Assembly (NCBI GenBank): GCA_905178155.1
Contig: CAJINV010000004.1
Coordinates: 2,250,231 to 2,314,230 of the forward strand
Source of the DNA: Amoebophrya sp. A120
Taxonomy: Eukaryota; Protista; Dinoflagellata
DNA: 64,000 nt
Direction of reading: 5' to 3'
Shown: one piece after another, positions 27,501-41,200 of the stretch
Numbering within the stretch: the first letter of the stretch is position 1
Layout of the letters: each line of letters opens with the position of its first letter
The notes under the pieces: model-generated
What the model saw: the letters and a program-made list of their open reading frames with translations, nothing else
Told to the model about the DNA's origin: nothing
The model's database searches: none
Translations under genes and position numbers: made by a program

Positions 27501-30500
27501 GGAAAAATCCCCCCTCCCCATATCGAACAGGAAATCTGTGATGCTGGATTTGCGTACACAAATCAGATCTGTCTTGCAGTAGAGGACTGTACGCAGATCG
27601 CAAGCCTAGATAGGGGCCTTTTGGTGTGGGCGCACAGCATGGCAGACGGCTGCCCTGTAGTCCTTACAGCATTACAAATCGCCTGCATAGCGTTGCAGAG
27701 AGCCTGGATTTGTTCTCTAGCAGGACAGACAGGATTTGTGGTCACAAATCAGCATCGCAAATTTTCTGAGACATACCTTTTCGATATGGGGAGGGGGGAT
27801 TTTTACTGTCAATAGAGATGTTGTTGAAGCAGGGACCACCTACTTGCTCCTACCCGCGAAACTTGCAGCGCTACTGTATTTATTGGTTTCTTTCTCTACT
27901 TGTTCGTGCTGCTGAATTAGATAAAAACTTCATGACCCTAATAGTTTCGTTTTTTACAATGTCGTATACCGAGGCAGAGTAGAGCTGGACCACCAGCCTA
28001 TGTGTTTTGTTGCGAGGAGCTTTCTCCGATGCATTTGCATACCTACTTGCGTTGAGAATTTCGAAAGCACTGTTGAGAATTTCGGAGGAAAGATTTCAAC
28101 CTCTATCAGGCGTGGCGCCGATGTCGCGACCGTACGCGACATCGGAGGTGGACGCAAACATTCCCGCGGTGCAAAATGTGGAGGTAGTTTTAAAAAGTCC
28201 GGACGTAGTGGTTGCAACAGCTGCAGATGAAATCACGGCACAGCAGCATGAAGAAAAGACCTCTACAACGGATGAAAGAAGCAACAACGCAAAGATGAGC
28301 TGTACCGCCGCGAAGAATGACAGGACAAACGGAGAACAAAGAAATGCAGAGGAGGGTTCTGTTTTTGCGCCGCTTTCGACGCCTGACTGCACGAGGAGCC
28401 TGTCATCCGCTGGGCCGAGGAACAAGTCTGCCGCCTTGGAGCCGCGTATCAAATGCAAAAATGACTGGGTCTGGAATGTTGCCGGGTTTGTCATGCATAT
28501 TTTGCATGACCTAGGAAAGGATGTCTGTAATGCACGACCTAGCACCACAGATTCTTAGAGGGTTTCCTGCTGCCTACTCCGCATGACAAATGCCCTCCCC
28601 ACGTAGCAAAAAGCAGACTCCTCTTGCTAGTCATGCAATACAGATATTTTTACAATGCGGCTCAAGGAGGCACATCCGATTGAAAATAGTAGGTGAAGCA
28701 GTGACCGAAGCTTCACAACGCACTTGAAAAACAGAATATAGCAGTTTGCTTGTTTTTGTTCGCGATTGAAAAAACTGAGTTTTGAGAAAATTACGCAAAA
28801 CTGAGAGAAAACGAACTCAGATCCATGTAGAATTCAAAGTTAGCATCACAAGTTCCAACCTTCCAGACCCAGACATTTTTGCAATTCATACCGCGCACCG
28901 CAGATAAGAAACTTTTGACGACCACACCGGAGCTGGGCGGCTTCGAGGACGGATGGACAAATACGAATATTCCTACAACGAAGGAAGACAAAAAACCTAC
29001 CACTGGAGCTGCTGCTCTAGCAGCCTGCTTTGATGTTGTAACTACCGACAACGAGAACGGGAAGGCAGGGAATAAAGACGAGGGAGGGGATAATTCTTCT
29101 GCGCGGGTGGAAAAAGATAAAAGCAAGAAAAAAAAGGACCACGACGTCGTGAGGACCAAAAATCCGCGTGACCTGATGGACAACAAGCGGAGCGGCAGCA
29201 GAGTGTTGTCGCAAAAGTCCGCGAAGCTGGAGCAATTTTTGCAGCAGAAAAAGCAGACGGAGTACGCAAACACCTTCACGAACAGCCCGGTTCTTGTCGA
29301 ACAAGAAGTGATAGAGGAGCGGAAGACCACGAACGACGTTGACGCGATGGGTTCTTTTCGTGCTCCGCTGGTCGGCGTCGGTACTAGCAGCGAGCTGAAA
29401 GAACCACGACCAGGGGCAGGAGCAGCGGCTCCTCTTGAACGGGGAAGAAATTCTACTGTTGCTGAAATCGCAGTTGCAGAAGAACAACACACAGAACAGC
29501 AAGTACCGGTTGAAAAGGAGACTGAAGAAGTTCCAGTACCGGACGATGTCAGCCAGGGCGGAGAAACAGATGGTCTGTCGGTGGGCATCAAATTGTTGCC
29601 CAGCGCGGGAACAAGAACTTCTCCTGCGGTGGATAATGCTAGTGTTGTTGGTTGTATGAAAGCATCTTCCATGTTGACCACTGCTCCGGAGGCTTGCACC
29701 GCTCCGCAAGCTTGCACCCACGTCTCGGAAGCGGATTTCGGAGCGCAGTTTCCGCAAGCTGAGCATGGTTTCAAAAACTCGCCGCCTGGGTGGACAGTCA
29801 CTGCCTCATCTGAAGAGCAAGTTGCTCCTCCTGCGGGTCGTGAGATGACACAAGAAGAACCTCCACCCGAGGACGTCGAAAAGGCGAAGGGGTTCTTAAC
29901 TTCTGGTTCTGCCGACGAGGACCGAAAAAATGACCAAAAAGAAGAGCTCTATTTTTCCCCTTCGCGCACTCCGAACAGCTGCCAGGATCAAAAATCAGAA
30001 AAATCTTCGGACCAAGACCCGAACTTTGCGGATCTGCGGTCGCTTATTCTCGCCGAGGGGGACCGACTCTGCGAGGACATCAGTCGGCAGGTGGAGATGG
30101 CGCTGGTGGAGAAGCATCTGTATCAAGAAGAAAAATCCCCCCTCCCCATATCAAAACGAAGTTTCTGATGCTGGATGTCCGTACACAAATCAGAGCTGTC
30201 TGGCAGTGGAGCATTGCAGGCATATGCCGCGCCTGAGTACGGAGCTTCTGACGTGGACGCTTAGCATCGCAAATGTCTATGCTGTAGCCCAAGCAGCATC
30301 ACAAACCGTCCGCATAATGCGGCAGAGACCGTAGAGTTGCTTCCTTGCAAGACAAAAAAATTTGTGGTCACAAATCAGCATTACAAACTTTCTGAGAAGT
30401 ACGTTTTTGATATGGGGAGGGCGGATTTTTCCCTTTGATAATCTGGTGGGTGTGACCACGTCGCCGTTGATCGAGGAAAATGAAGAGGACGACTCCGTGG

Positions 30501-31210
30501 TGACTGAGGAGGTAGCTGCTGCTGCTGCAGGAACTTCTATAGCGGACTGCAAGAAGAGCCATGATGAAGCTGCAGAGGCAGGGCTTCATGAGCAGAAGCA
30601 GAACCGCGACAGCACGACCCCTGGAGTTGATGGTGCTCTAGTACATGATTTATTACTTCACGAAGAGGAGGAAATGCATCGGAAGCAGGAATCAATAACA
30701 AGTATCTTCCCGCAGTCCGGGCCCTCTTCGATTTCTTCCCTAGGGACCACGGAGGAACAAGTTGGCGCACGAGAAGCTGCCCCAGCTGCGGTGGTGCCGG
30801 AACAACAACTCCAAAAGGTGGATAACGAAAACGCGATTAGTGCACCTACCACTTCCCCTGCTCTTTTGACCTCCTCGGTTGGGAAGATTTCTGGAGATGA
30901 GAAAATTGAAACCGACCACTCGGGGACGACCCTGCCGCAAGATAGTTCATCTCGTGGAGATGATACTTCTGCAGCAGAATTACAAGCACCAGAAGCTCCT
31001 GCGTCACCATCCTCGTCCTGTGTCGCGGTACAACAGAATGTAAGTTATCCTTCTGATGAAACCACGAAGGGAAATAAAAGCGGTAAAAAGAAGAGCAAAA
31101 CTAAGGCCGGAAAAAAGTTTCAGCCCGTGAAAACGAACAAACAGAGCGGAACTGCATCGGGTGGAAGCGTTGGAGATGGTGCGGCCTGCGAGGGTCGGGG
31201 CGGGATTTGA
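24577..31210 (+). CDS. Hypothetical low-complexity multi-exon protein or proteins
   Basis: Long + strand ORFs 24577, 25083, 26155, 28007, 28879 and 30362. In-frame joins across elements (GTL|VQHSQ, EPR|TADK, KHL|VGVT). Confidence 0.55.
27201..27376. mobile_element. Family E introner
   Basis: TIR TATGC(A/G)TTGCAAAAG(T/C)AT; DR ACGCT/ACGCT. Confidence 0.88.
27493..27814. mobile_element. Family C introner
   Basis: Family C TIRs; DR GAGAT/GAGAT. Opposite orientation to 11576-11897. Confidence 0.92.
28447..28890. mobile_element. Family A introner carrying an internal insertion of about 175 bp
   Basis: Family A TIRs; DR CCGCG/CCGCG; extra sequence at 28653-28829. Confidence 0.9.
30121..30440. 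mobile_element. Family C introner
   Basis: Family C TIRs; DR ATCTG/ATCTG. Confidence 0.92.
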
Positions 31211-32299
31211 AGCCCTACGAGCGGGACGGGTGCTGTTTGCATAGGAAGAAAAGACGGGGAAGATCGAGGTAGTGCTCAGGGGTCGTGGTTCACCGCCTGC
31301 GAGGACTCGTCGTGAATTCAGTACTCACATCAGTATTTAAATACACAAACCGCTACGCTAACGAAGATGAGACCTCCTTTTGCACTGTGCCATTCATTAT
31401 GTGGAAGAAAAGTTTCGAAGAAGCCCTGAGTATCTTTTGTATTCGATGGAGTGTCGTGTCTGATTATTCGATCGTCTGAAATGAAAGACAGTTGACGAAA
31501 ATTGGAGAAATATTTTACACGCGACCTCCCGGATATGATCATTTTGCACCCTCTTATTATGAAGCAATAGGTTTTTCCTCTGAAAGCCAAGTGGTTGTAC
31601 TTCATCTTCGACGCCATAATAAAGTAAACAGAGACCACCTCCCATCTACGACTTGAGTTGCAGCCTGTTTTGATAATGTCGAAAAAAATGGAAGAGAAAT
31701 CCGCAAGCGGCCGTGCTTGATATGAGGAAACGTAACTACTTATTTGTATCTTTGTTTGCAGATGATGTTCTACTTAAGTACTTTGAAGAGCAGCGTCGGC
31801 GGTACTGTCGCTAAACACCGGAGATCTCATCTTTGCGGCGAATCAATTTTAAGTGGTGGCGCGTCTTCAAGATCCCTACAACTACGTACAGCTTCCTTCC
31901 GCTTGGCGAGCGTTCGCGTTTTTATTTGCGATAAGATCCGTATCCGAGACTGGATTTTGATTTTGTCGAAGCGACTTCTTTATTTTGCGTTCAAAATTGT
32001 CAGGTCTTTCGTTTCCACCGTTGAAGCAGTATATTGTCGCGTTTCCTTTACCTTTTCGCTGGTTGTCTACTTCCAGCAGTTCACGCATTGCATATAGTTT
32101 TTCCTCGTTCTCGAAGACAGCATGATACACTGATTTTTAGTTTTCGTCATCGCGAAAGCTTTTTGAGTCCTGACTGGTCCTAAATAAGCCACGACCCAGC
32201 TGCTAGTAGTTCTTTTCGCGGCGTGCTGCACAGGTTTTTTTTTTGGAGTTATAAGCAGCGCACTTTCATCAAGTTGTCACAAGCCCAAGATGCGGAATT

Positions 32300-35200
32300 T
32301 TCTTCTCCACACCCTGTGCTCGGTGGGTGGCAGTACGGTTCTTGCGCGGCGAGCAAACAAACCACTGCCGACCGGTATGGGAGTGTCAGGATTGAAATCG
32401 ACAGAGTTGAAATAACTTGTAATGCATAAAATCGATACCAGTTGGAAGCCCAATTTCTAAGCGGCGCATGACAAATTTCGGCACCGTCTAGATCCAGTCT
32501 GTCATGCTGCTTAGATAGGGACAGAAGGCGCCTTTTGTCATGCTACTTCGGCAGCTCTATCGCAGACCCCAAACACGCTGACAGTCGGCCTCACTTGCCA
32601 TCCCTGCAAGAGAGGCACTCCATGCTTTGCAATTTATGCATGAGAAATTATTTCAACTTTGTCGATTTGAATCCTGACACCTCCATGGCCGGCCTGCAAA
32701 CGCCGACGTCAAGCAGTGAAACCAGCACCACGCCAACTAGTGCCTATGAACTGCAAATATGTCTGGGTCTGGAAGGATCCGAACTTGTGATGCGTGTTTC
32801 GGATCCTACAAAGATCTGTGATGCATAAACGTGCAAAAGGTGCCCACTTCTGGCCATGCTGAGAAGGCATTTCTCATGCAGAATACGCATCAACAAGGAG
32901 CTGCAGAACCTGTGATGCTAGGCCCTGCATTCCCGACGTGGGGGAGCTTGGAAAAACTGCATGACAAATCTCGGAGTCTCCCAGACCCAGACATTTTTGC
33001 ATTTGATAGTGCCACCCCGCCAACGAAAGGCGCCGGCGGGTCATCTTCCTCAAAAAGCAAAACGACCGGCGAAGGAGCAGTAGAGCAGCATCGTGATGTG
33101 CTGGAACAACTGCAGCCGGGAGTAGCAGGAACTACAGGTCGTGGGGAAGCCGCACCTGCTCCGTCAGCTTCCTCCCGAAGACACCACGTGGCGAATCCAA
33201 AGCCGATTCGCACACCGTCGCCGGATGAGCGTGGAAGAGGACGGCCGCCAGGAGGAGCGAATAGGGTCGTGAAAGAAGATCATTTTGGAGCCGCTAATTC
33301 CGCAGGAGCCCCTTTGCGGGGACCACTACACCAAGCTACGACGGCTTCGTCCACGACTTCGGGAGAGCAAACCCCGCAACAGCGCGGGAGGCAACGCGGT
33401 TCGGCGGGGAAAGGGTAAATGTAGGATAGTAGGGTTAAAGTGTGTAGAAGAAATATTCTTTCTCCGTTTATTTCATTTTTGCCTGCTAAAGCACTGCTGC
33501 TGGGGCGCGATTCTTTGCGCTTTGCTTCATAAGTTTTTAAATGCCTCAAGACCCCCCGGGGAACAAAATGTTGACGTCAAATAAACAGTTCGGCACCGCA
33601 AGCCGCATGGAACGCGACCCCAAAAGCGCGCACAAGCACGGGTGCAAGTACGTGGACCTCCAGCCCCAAAGCGGGCGGAAATAAAGGCGCAACTACGACT
33701 CGGCCTTTGCTTCAGGAACACGGCGAACCTGGTGACGCGGAGCAATGGCCGTCCCTCGGCGGAGGCTTGCCGCGGCAGCAGCATGCTGCCGGGCCCTCTG
33801 GTGGTCGGAGGTCCCCGGCCAGCAGCAGCACCACGACCAGCGCCGCAAACACGCCAGCAAACCGCGGCCGGGGAAGGACTACCGCGTGGAGTACGGCGGC
33901 GTCAGCAGGCGGAACCGGAAGGTCCTCCACCGCTTATAAAAACAACCACGACGAGCATATTGTAGCTCCGACCACCAAGGAAGAGGAGCACGCGCTGCTC
34001 GAGCAAGCGCAACGCGAGTCCCAGCGCGATTATCTGATGCAGGAGCTGAGGGACTTTAACGCCGCGATAGCCCGAGAACTCGGTGCGGGCCAACAACAGA
34101 GACAACTCCAGCAGCAAGTAGGGGGAATAGCATCAAATGTTAATAATTTGCCGACCGCTTCTTGGGCGGCCTCAAGCCCAGTAGAGCACCACAACGCGGT
34201 GCTCCTTGCGGAGCAGGTCAAAAACGCGTGGACGAGTACACCAACAATGGCCCACCAACAGCAGATGCAGCTCTCGCCGCAGAGTATTGCAACGCAGCCA
34301 CCGCTGTTGCAGCCCAGTCCCCACCACGCGGGATCTTCGTTCCCGGAGCAGTTTGCCGGCATGCTGCAGTCGCCCTCGTTACAGGGGCCCGGAGGAATTA
34401 CATCAACCGGTCATCTCATGGTGCCCTCTCCGGCGGCGCAGGCGCAGGATTTCCAGCAGCAGGGAGGAATCATACAGCAATCCCTTTTGCAGTACGCGGC
34501 CAACAGTGCGGAGACGACACCTCAAAATGCCGGGCGCATGATGAGTGGCGCATCTCCCGCGGGGGCTGGTGCCCAGATGCAGTTCGCACAGAGTCAGCAG
34601 CAAATGGCGGCCGCAGCAGCTGCACAACAGCTTCAGGGCCAACCGCAGCAAAGTTCTTACCAGGTGCAGACCTACGTGGCGAGCCCGGTGGCGGCGGGTA
34701 ACGGGAACATTGTGCCCGTTTTTATGCCCATTGCCGCGATGGAAATGGCAGCGGGCATTTCTAGTACTACAACCATGGGAGTTGTAGACCAGCAGCAGCA
34801 GCAGGATGTGATGTACAACACGCCTCAGCTGCAGCAACAGATGGCACAACAACAACAGCCACTCGCGTCGTCGAACAATGTTAATGTGCAACAGTCCTAC
34901 GAGCATTTGCAGCCTACTTCGCCGCACATGCAGCCGCAACCGGCTATAGGCCCGTACGGAACTACTAGTGGCGCACCGTCAACTCTACTGCCAATGCAGA
35001 TGCAGCTACAACAACTTCCCAGCAGCAGCGCGACGAGCCACGGCGCGATGGGAACTGTGATGCAGCTGGACCAATCCTCGCCCGCGTCAAGCTCGTACGC
35101 GGGCAACACACCGATGCTTTCCATGCAGCCAGACCCGCTGTACGGCGGACCGGTGGATTTTGCGCTGAATGGGGTTGTCATGGGCAGCACCATCCACTCT

Positions 35201-38200
35201 GACTGTACCACGCCTTCCCTGGGACACAAATCGGGCGACAGCTGCGCACTGGGACCACCTTCCGGAGGTGGCGGGCTGGGGTCCGGTCAGGAGCTGCAGG
35301 CCAGTTCATCGGCGAAGGAGAAGACCATTCAGGATATCACTCCCCCCGTAGTGGACCTCGGCAACTACGAGACGGAGCAAGGTTTCATGCTGGGTGATCT
35401 GGAACAACCTCTGTCCCGGTCTTCTGTCCGCTCCAGCGCGGGGATGAATCTGTTGCTGCAAAACAGCGGGGTTGCGGCCGGATTCGCGCCATCTACAGCT
35501 ACAACCGGTGGTGCCGGAACATCAACCTCAAAGCAGATCGCGTCCACCTCTCGGACAAGCAGCAAGCACCAGGTTTTCGATGGAACACCACCAGCAGGCA
35601 GCACTTCAGAGCTCCTGCAAGAAGTAGACCATTCCTCCGGGCAGAACAGCGGGGGGAAACAAACCTCTTCCGGCGGTTCGGTTGCCGCCGTGGACGCGCG
35701 ACTCAGCCAGAATTTGACGTCCAATTTTCAGGTGGACGACGTGGTCCGCACGCTGCGGGAGAACCAGGCGGCGACGACGCAGAAGGAGCGCATGTACAAC
35801 GACCGGGTAGGTACGTTAGAGGAGCAGGAGCAGGCCTTGATCCAGCAAATGCAGAAGCTGCAGCTGGAGAAGGCGGAAGCCATCGCGCAAGCGGACCGGG
35901 CGGCGGCCGTGAACGAGCGGTTTACGGACAAAATCGCCATGCTCATCGACGGCAAGCAGGACGAGGAGGATGCGCAGATCGCACGGCAGCTCGCGGAAGG
36001 AAATCACCAGCATGAGCCTGCTAGTGTGTCTGCAGCTGGCGTTGTTCCTGCAAACGAAACAAATGAGAGCACCACCCTGAATGTTAAAAATCATTCAGAA
36101 ACCAGTCGAACAACAGCTGCGGCGACCGGCATAACCAGCAGTAAAGGTGATGGCAAGAATTATGCCACCGCGTCTTCTACAACTTCTGCGAGCGGAATGA
36201 AAACTAGTGTGGCAGTGGGAGCCCCCACAGCTTCTCCTTCTGCAGTCGGGGAAATAAAAGCGGCAGTAGCTCCGTCTATATCCTCCTCGTCAACATCACA
36301 GAAGAATGCACTAGCGAGAACAATCTCTGCAGCGGTTCATCCCGTTGCTCCCCAGACCGACGTGGCCTTCGATCTGTTGGTAGAGCAGGTCAAGCGCGAG
36401 GAAAAGCGCAACCCGCGCGCTGTCTCCATGTTCCCCGCATTGGGGACGGACCGTCCGATGTGCGTGCAGGGTACATACCACCACGAAATCACCGGGCTAT
36501 TCGAGGAAGGCACGGTACTAAGTACATTAGCCCTACAGTAGTTTTTGTGAAAAATGATAAAGTAAGCAGTTGGATTTTAATATTCTGCATCGTTGGTGAA
36601 AGCCGCCACGACCTGCTGGTCACGAGTATAGCTGCTGCTCCCGCTGCAAATTTCACGTTGCTATTTTAAGTGTAAATTATATATGACATGACGAATGAAG
36701 TACACAACAAGACCAAGATCAAGACCCAGTAAAATAAACATATTGAAACTACAGGTTTGGGTTTTCGTGCAGCTCGCCGAACATCCGTTATTCGGGAGCG
36801 TGAATAGCAGCCGGGAACCGCAATACCATGCGAAGTATGAGGCTTGGCTCGAGGCAGGTATCCAGCAACATCAGCAGGACCTTAGTTCGAGCGTGTTGTA
36901 CTGCCGCTATTTGATGTCCTATAATTTTTTCGAGCGTGTTCATAAATATAAATGTGATGCTGCCCTAGTTCGTTCTGATTCCAGTCGACAAGCACAATGT
37001 ACTTACATCCATAACTGGTCTTGAAATGGTGTATCGTCCACCCGATGGACATGATCATCTATCAGCTCCGTAGTGTGAATATGTAATTACTTAAATTTGT
37101 GAGAAACAACATCAACGACACAACCCAGGCCCGAGCGCGGCGTCGCGCCGAGAGCCGCTCACCGTCGCGCAGTCCGGTGACACGCGGAAGGAGGGCGAGC
37201 TGAAATTCCGGTTCCGGTGGTTCGGCACGGAAGCGGAGGTGAAACTTTCGGAGCAGCTTATCAAATGTAAAAATGTCTGGGTCTGGAAACTTGTGATGCT
37301 GTGTGGCGTATCATGAGGAGGCCACAATTGCTGGCTCAGCATGACAAGTTTCTGAGGAGCTTCTAGGTGTTGCCTATTCTGCATGACAAACTACGTTTCT
37401 GCATGACAGAAAAGTGGGGCTCTTTGGTAATGTGCATGACAGATTTAAGAGTCATGCCAGACAAGCATGACAAACTTGCATTCTTCCAGACCCAGACATT
37501 TTTACACTTGATACAGCTCGTGTGCGCCCGAAACAACCAACTCGCCCTATCAGAAGGAAAAATCCCCCCTCCCCATATCGAAATGGAAATCTGTGATGCA
37601 GGATTTGAGGTACCAAATTGACTTGTCATGCTAGAAGGCCAAGAGCCGCAGTCGTGGTCTCGTTTGCAGGCAATTTGTCATGCTGTTTCCCACTCTCAGC
37701 TGCCTCCTGTCATGCTGAAGATGCAAGGCTCCCCCACGCCACCCAGCACTACAGTCCGCATCTTTTCCCGTGTAGCATGACAAAGCTGATTTGTGACAAC
37801 AAATCTGCATCACAGATTTCAGTTTTGATATGGGGAGGGGGGATTTTTCCTTTTGATACGCCCTGGACGTGGAAGTCACTGCCGACGCGATTGGGCACAG
37901 CGAGCAGACCGCCTCGGCGAGTGGCGTAATTTTAGACTTGATCCAGGAGAAACCGGCGGAGCTGGCGCGAAAAGAGCGGAAGCGGTCTCTCTCTCGCGAC
38001 GCGCGCCGAATCTCGCACCGGTCGGTACCAGCGCGGGACCGACACGGTGCGCAGAACACCGAGATTTCATCCCGCGCGTATGACAGTGCACAACTCCACC
38101 CCCTCCCCCGCATTTGTATAGCATGAGTGGCAATAAGAGCATCAGCAAGAGTGCCGGTTCTGCATGACAATTCTGCACTGGAGTGTAGTGCTATTTGGGC

Positions 38201-41200
38201 TAGTGCCAGAACTTGTCATGCAAACAGCGCCAAGAGGCAAGGGGTGGATTGGATATTTTGCACGACAAACTGTGATCGACGATTACCAGTTGTGTCGCTG
38301 GTCCTGTGCCAGTCGTGGGGCATGTTCGGGTGTTCCGGGCAGTGCTCAGTGCACCCCTCGGACCCCGCACCCCCCCGGGATTTAGTTGCGCAGTCTGTTA
38401 AGCATGACAAATAAGGGGGAGGGGGAGGTGTGCACTGTCATAGCGCGCGCAGACGTAACATGAGAGAGGACCGGTCCCGAGATCCGCCACCGCAAAGAGC
38501 GATGCGCCCTTCAAGGGCGGCCGATGTTGAAACCACAGCTCCGGCTGCTGCTGGCGGTACTAGTACTTCCTCGACGGCCAGGGGCCTACCGCCGCCCGCC
38601 GCGCTGCTCGCGCTCAGCACCGCGGGGGCGGCTGCCGGCACGAGGTACTTATCAATAATTAAAGTACTTACCCACAGACAGTTTCTACGGGCGATTTTTC
38701 TCAACAAGCTGAGAATGGCATATATCAGTTCATTTTTCAGACCGTTCAGAAGAAATTCAGTTCAGAAGAAATTCTTCTTGCAGAAGATAGAGGTCATGAG
38801 ACTCATAGGAAAAAATGAAGAAAATTCGAAAGAGTAAATGAATACTATCGTGCAGGCCCGGCTTTTACCCACCTACCGGGACGAGCACTTCTATCACCAG
38901 CCCGCCGGCACCAGTCGGACCCGGAGCGGTATTAAACTCCTCGGACGGAGAAGAACTTCAGCCACGACGAACTACACCGGTGAAGATTATTCGGACCTTC
39001 GAAGCTACCCTGCAACTCCCCGGCAGTGCGGGCACGGAGACGTTTGAATTTACCGAAGAAGAGATGGAGAGCATGACGGTGAAAGACCTGCGCGACCGAC
39101 TCTCCGCTCGGCTGCGCGGGGAAGTGGTCAGGAGGGGCAGTAGTGACAGCCACGGGGTGGAAACGAGAGTCTACTCGGACAGAATAAAGCAGTCGGCCCT
39201 GAAACGCATGCAGTTTGAGGAGGTTTCGCGGCAGTATAGCAGTAAAATAAATGCTTCGTCGAGTGTGGTAGGTGCAGGCGGGGGCAAGAATGCGAAGAAT
39301 CAACACAATCATTCGCGCACCGTCGACGCAGCAAACGCCGAAGCGGCCGAGGCCTTCCTGGAGCAGTTCCACCATTATGCGCCCAGGGAGGAGGAAGAAT
39401 ACGACAAAGCCATTGCCGCGGGGCGCACTGACGTGCCAAAGCCAAAAATGATTCGGTATGAAAATTTTTACTTTCAAGCAAATTTTCTCGCGTCGTGTGA
39501 GAATTGATTGTGAACCTTTGAGGTTGTAGTTGATACTCTAGTATCAGTACGGATAATCTTCTGTGCTAGAAGTTGCTTCGGAAGTTGTAGTAGATAACGC
39601 TAGATTCGTGAAGAAGAAGAAGAAGAAGAGGCATATCCTGATCATCCTCTTTGGATCACGATTTATTTCTTGCTACATAAATTTAAATACACCAGGCTCG
39701 AGCTTTTGAAGGAACGATGGCAGGACAAGCTGTGGCAGTTTTTCCAGCCTGATCGACTGCACTTGCTGCACGAGAGGTTCGATATCAAATGTAAAAATGT
39801 CTGGGTCTGGAAGGTTGGAGCTTGTGATGCTAACTCTGGACTCTAAAAAAATCTGTATTGCATGATCAGCGAACAGGAGTCTAGTTTGTGCTACACGGGG
39901 CGGGCATTTTTTGTCATGCGGAATCGGCATCAGGAAGCCCTCTAAAAATCTGTGATGCTAGGTCATGCATTACAGACATCCTGGGTCATGCAAAATATGC
40001 ATGACAAACCCAGCAATCTTCCAGACCCAGACATTTTTGCAGTGATAATCGATCCAAACACGCAAAAGCTGGTGAAACACGAAATCAAAAAAACCGCGGA
40101 GATATGGATTGCAAAAATGTCTGGGTCTGGAAGATTGCCAGGTTTGTCATGCAGATTCTGTATGATCCATGACGCCTGTGATGCATTATCTAGCATCACA
40201 GATTTTTAGAGGGCTTCCTAATGCCTATCCCGCATGAGAAATGCCGTCTGCGCGTAAGACAAACTGGACTCCTGTTGCTGGTCATGCAATGCAGATTTCT
40301 TTGGAATCCAAAGACAGCACTACAAGTTCCAACCTTCCAGACCCCGACATTTTTACAGTTGATAGGAGAAGCGACTGCGAGACTTCGTAGCATTTGACAA
40401 GCCACCGGTGGTGGTGAACAAAACCGATGAGGCCGCTGACGAGGGCGACGTCACCACGGAAAAGTTCTTTCTGCAAACCATTTTCGTCGATTGGGGGCGG
40501 TTTCGGCTCAAGCTCGTACCTGCCGACATGACGCCGGAGGTCCGGATATCCTGTGTAAAGTAGACGAGTGCCCACCCAAAATCTTTTTCATGCAAATGTT
40601 GTTCTGCATGTGCCTGAAGTTGTGTTTCTTCTGCGCAGGCCGGTGAGGATAGCCTTTCCCTTTTCTCATGCTAAGTATCTGGGAGCTGGTTGTCACTATG
40701 CTGCAAGAAGCGTCGGGTGAGCGATTCGAAGATGCGGCTGGTGCACTGACGCTAGCTAAACACGATGAGGCTCCTGCGATCCAAATGTTGTCCTGCGGAA
40801 GAGCCAACACATGAGGTTGTTGATTTGCATATTACAGGAAGGTCCCCATCATATTAGGTGAGTCTGGTGCAACAAAGTGGGCGACGTTTTTGCACAGGAT
40901 ACGCTAACCAGTTGAAAAAGCGACGCGAGAGCTTGCTCTGGGGAAAAAACTCTCACATGTCGCACTTCCAGGCCATGCGGATCCTGCAGGAATTCCCCGA
41001 GCTTTTGGTTCCCGATAGTTCATCGTCCACCGGGGTGGAAATTACGGAGGAGAAGTTGGAAGAAAAAGTGAGGGAGCTGAACACCTCGCTGGACCCAGTC
41101 ACAAAGGAGCGGGACGAGAAACGAGTTTTGCTGAAAAAAGCCCTGTCTGACTGGAAAACCGTCTTGCACCCCGGCTACCAGCAGGTGTCCCGGCAGCACA

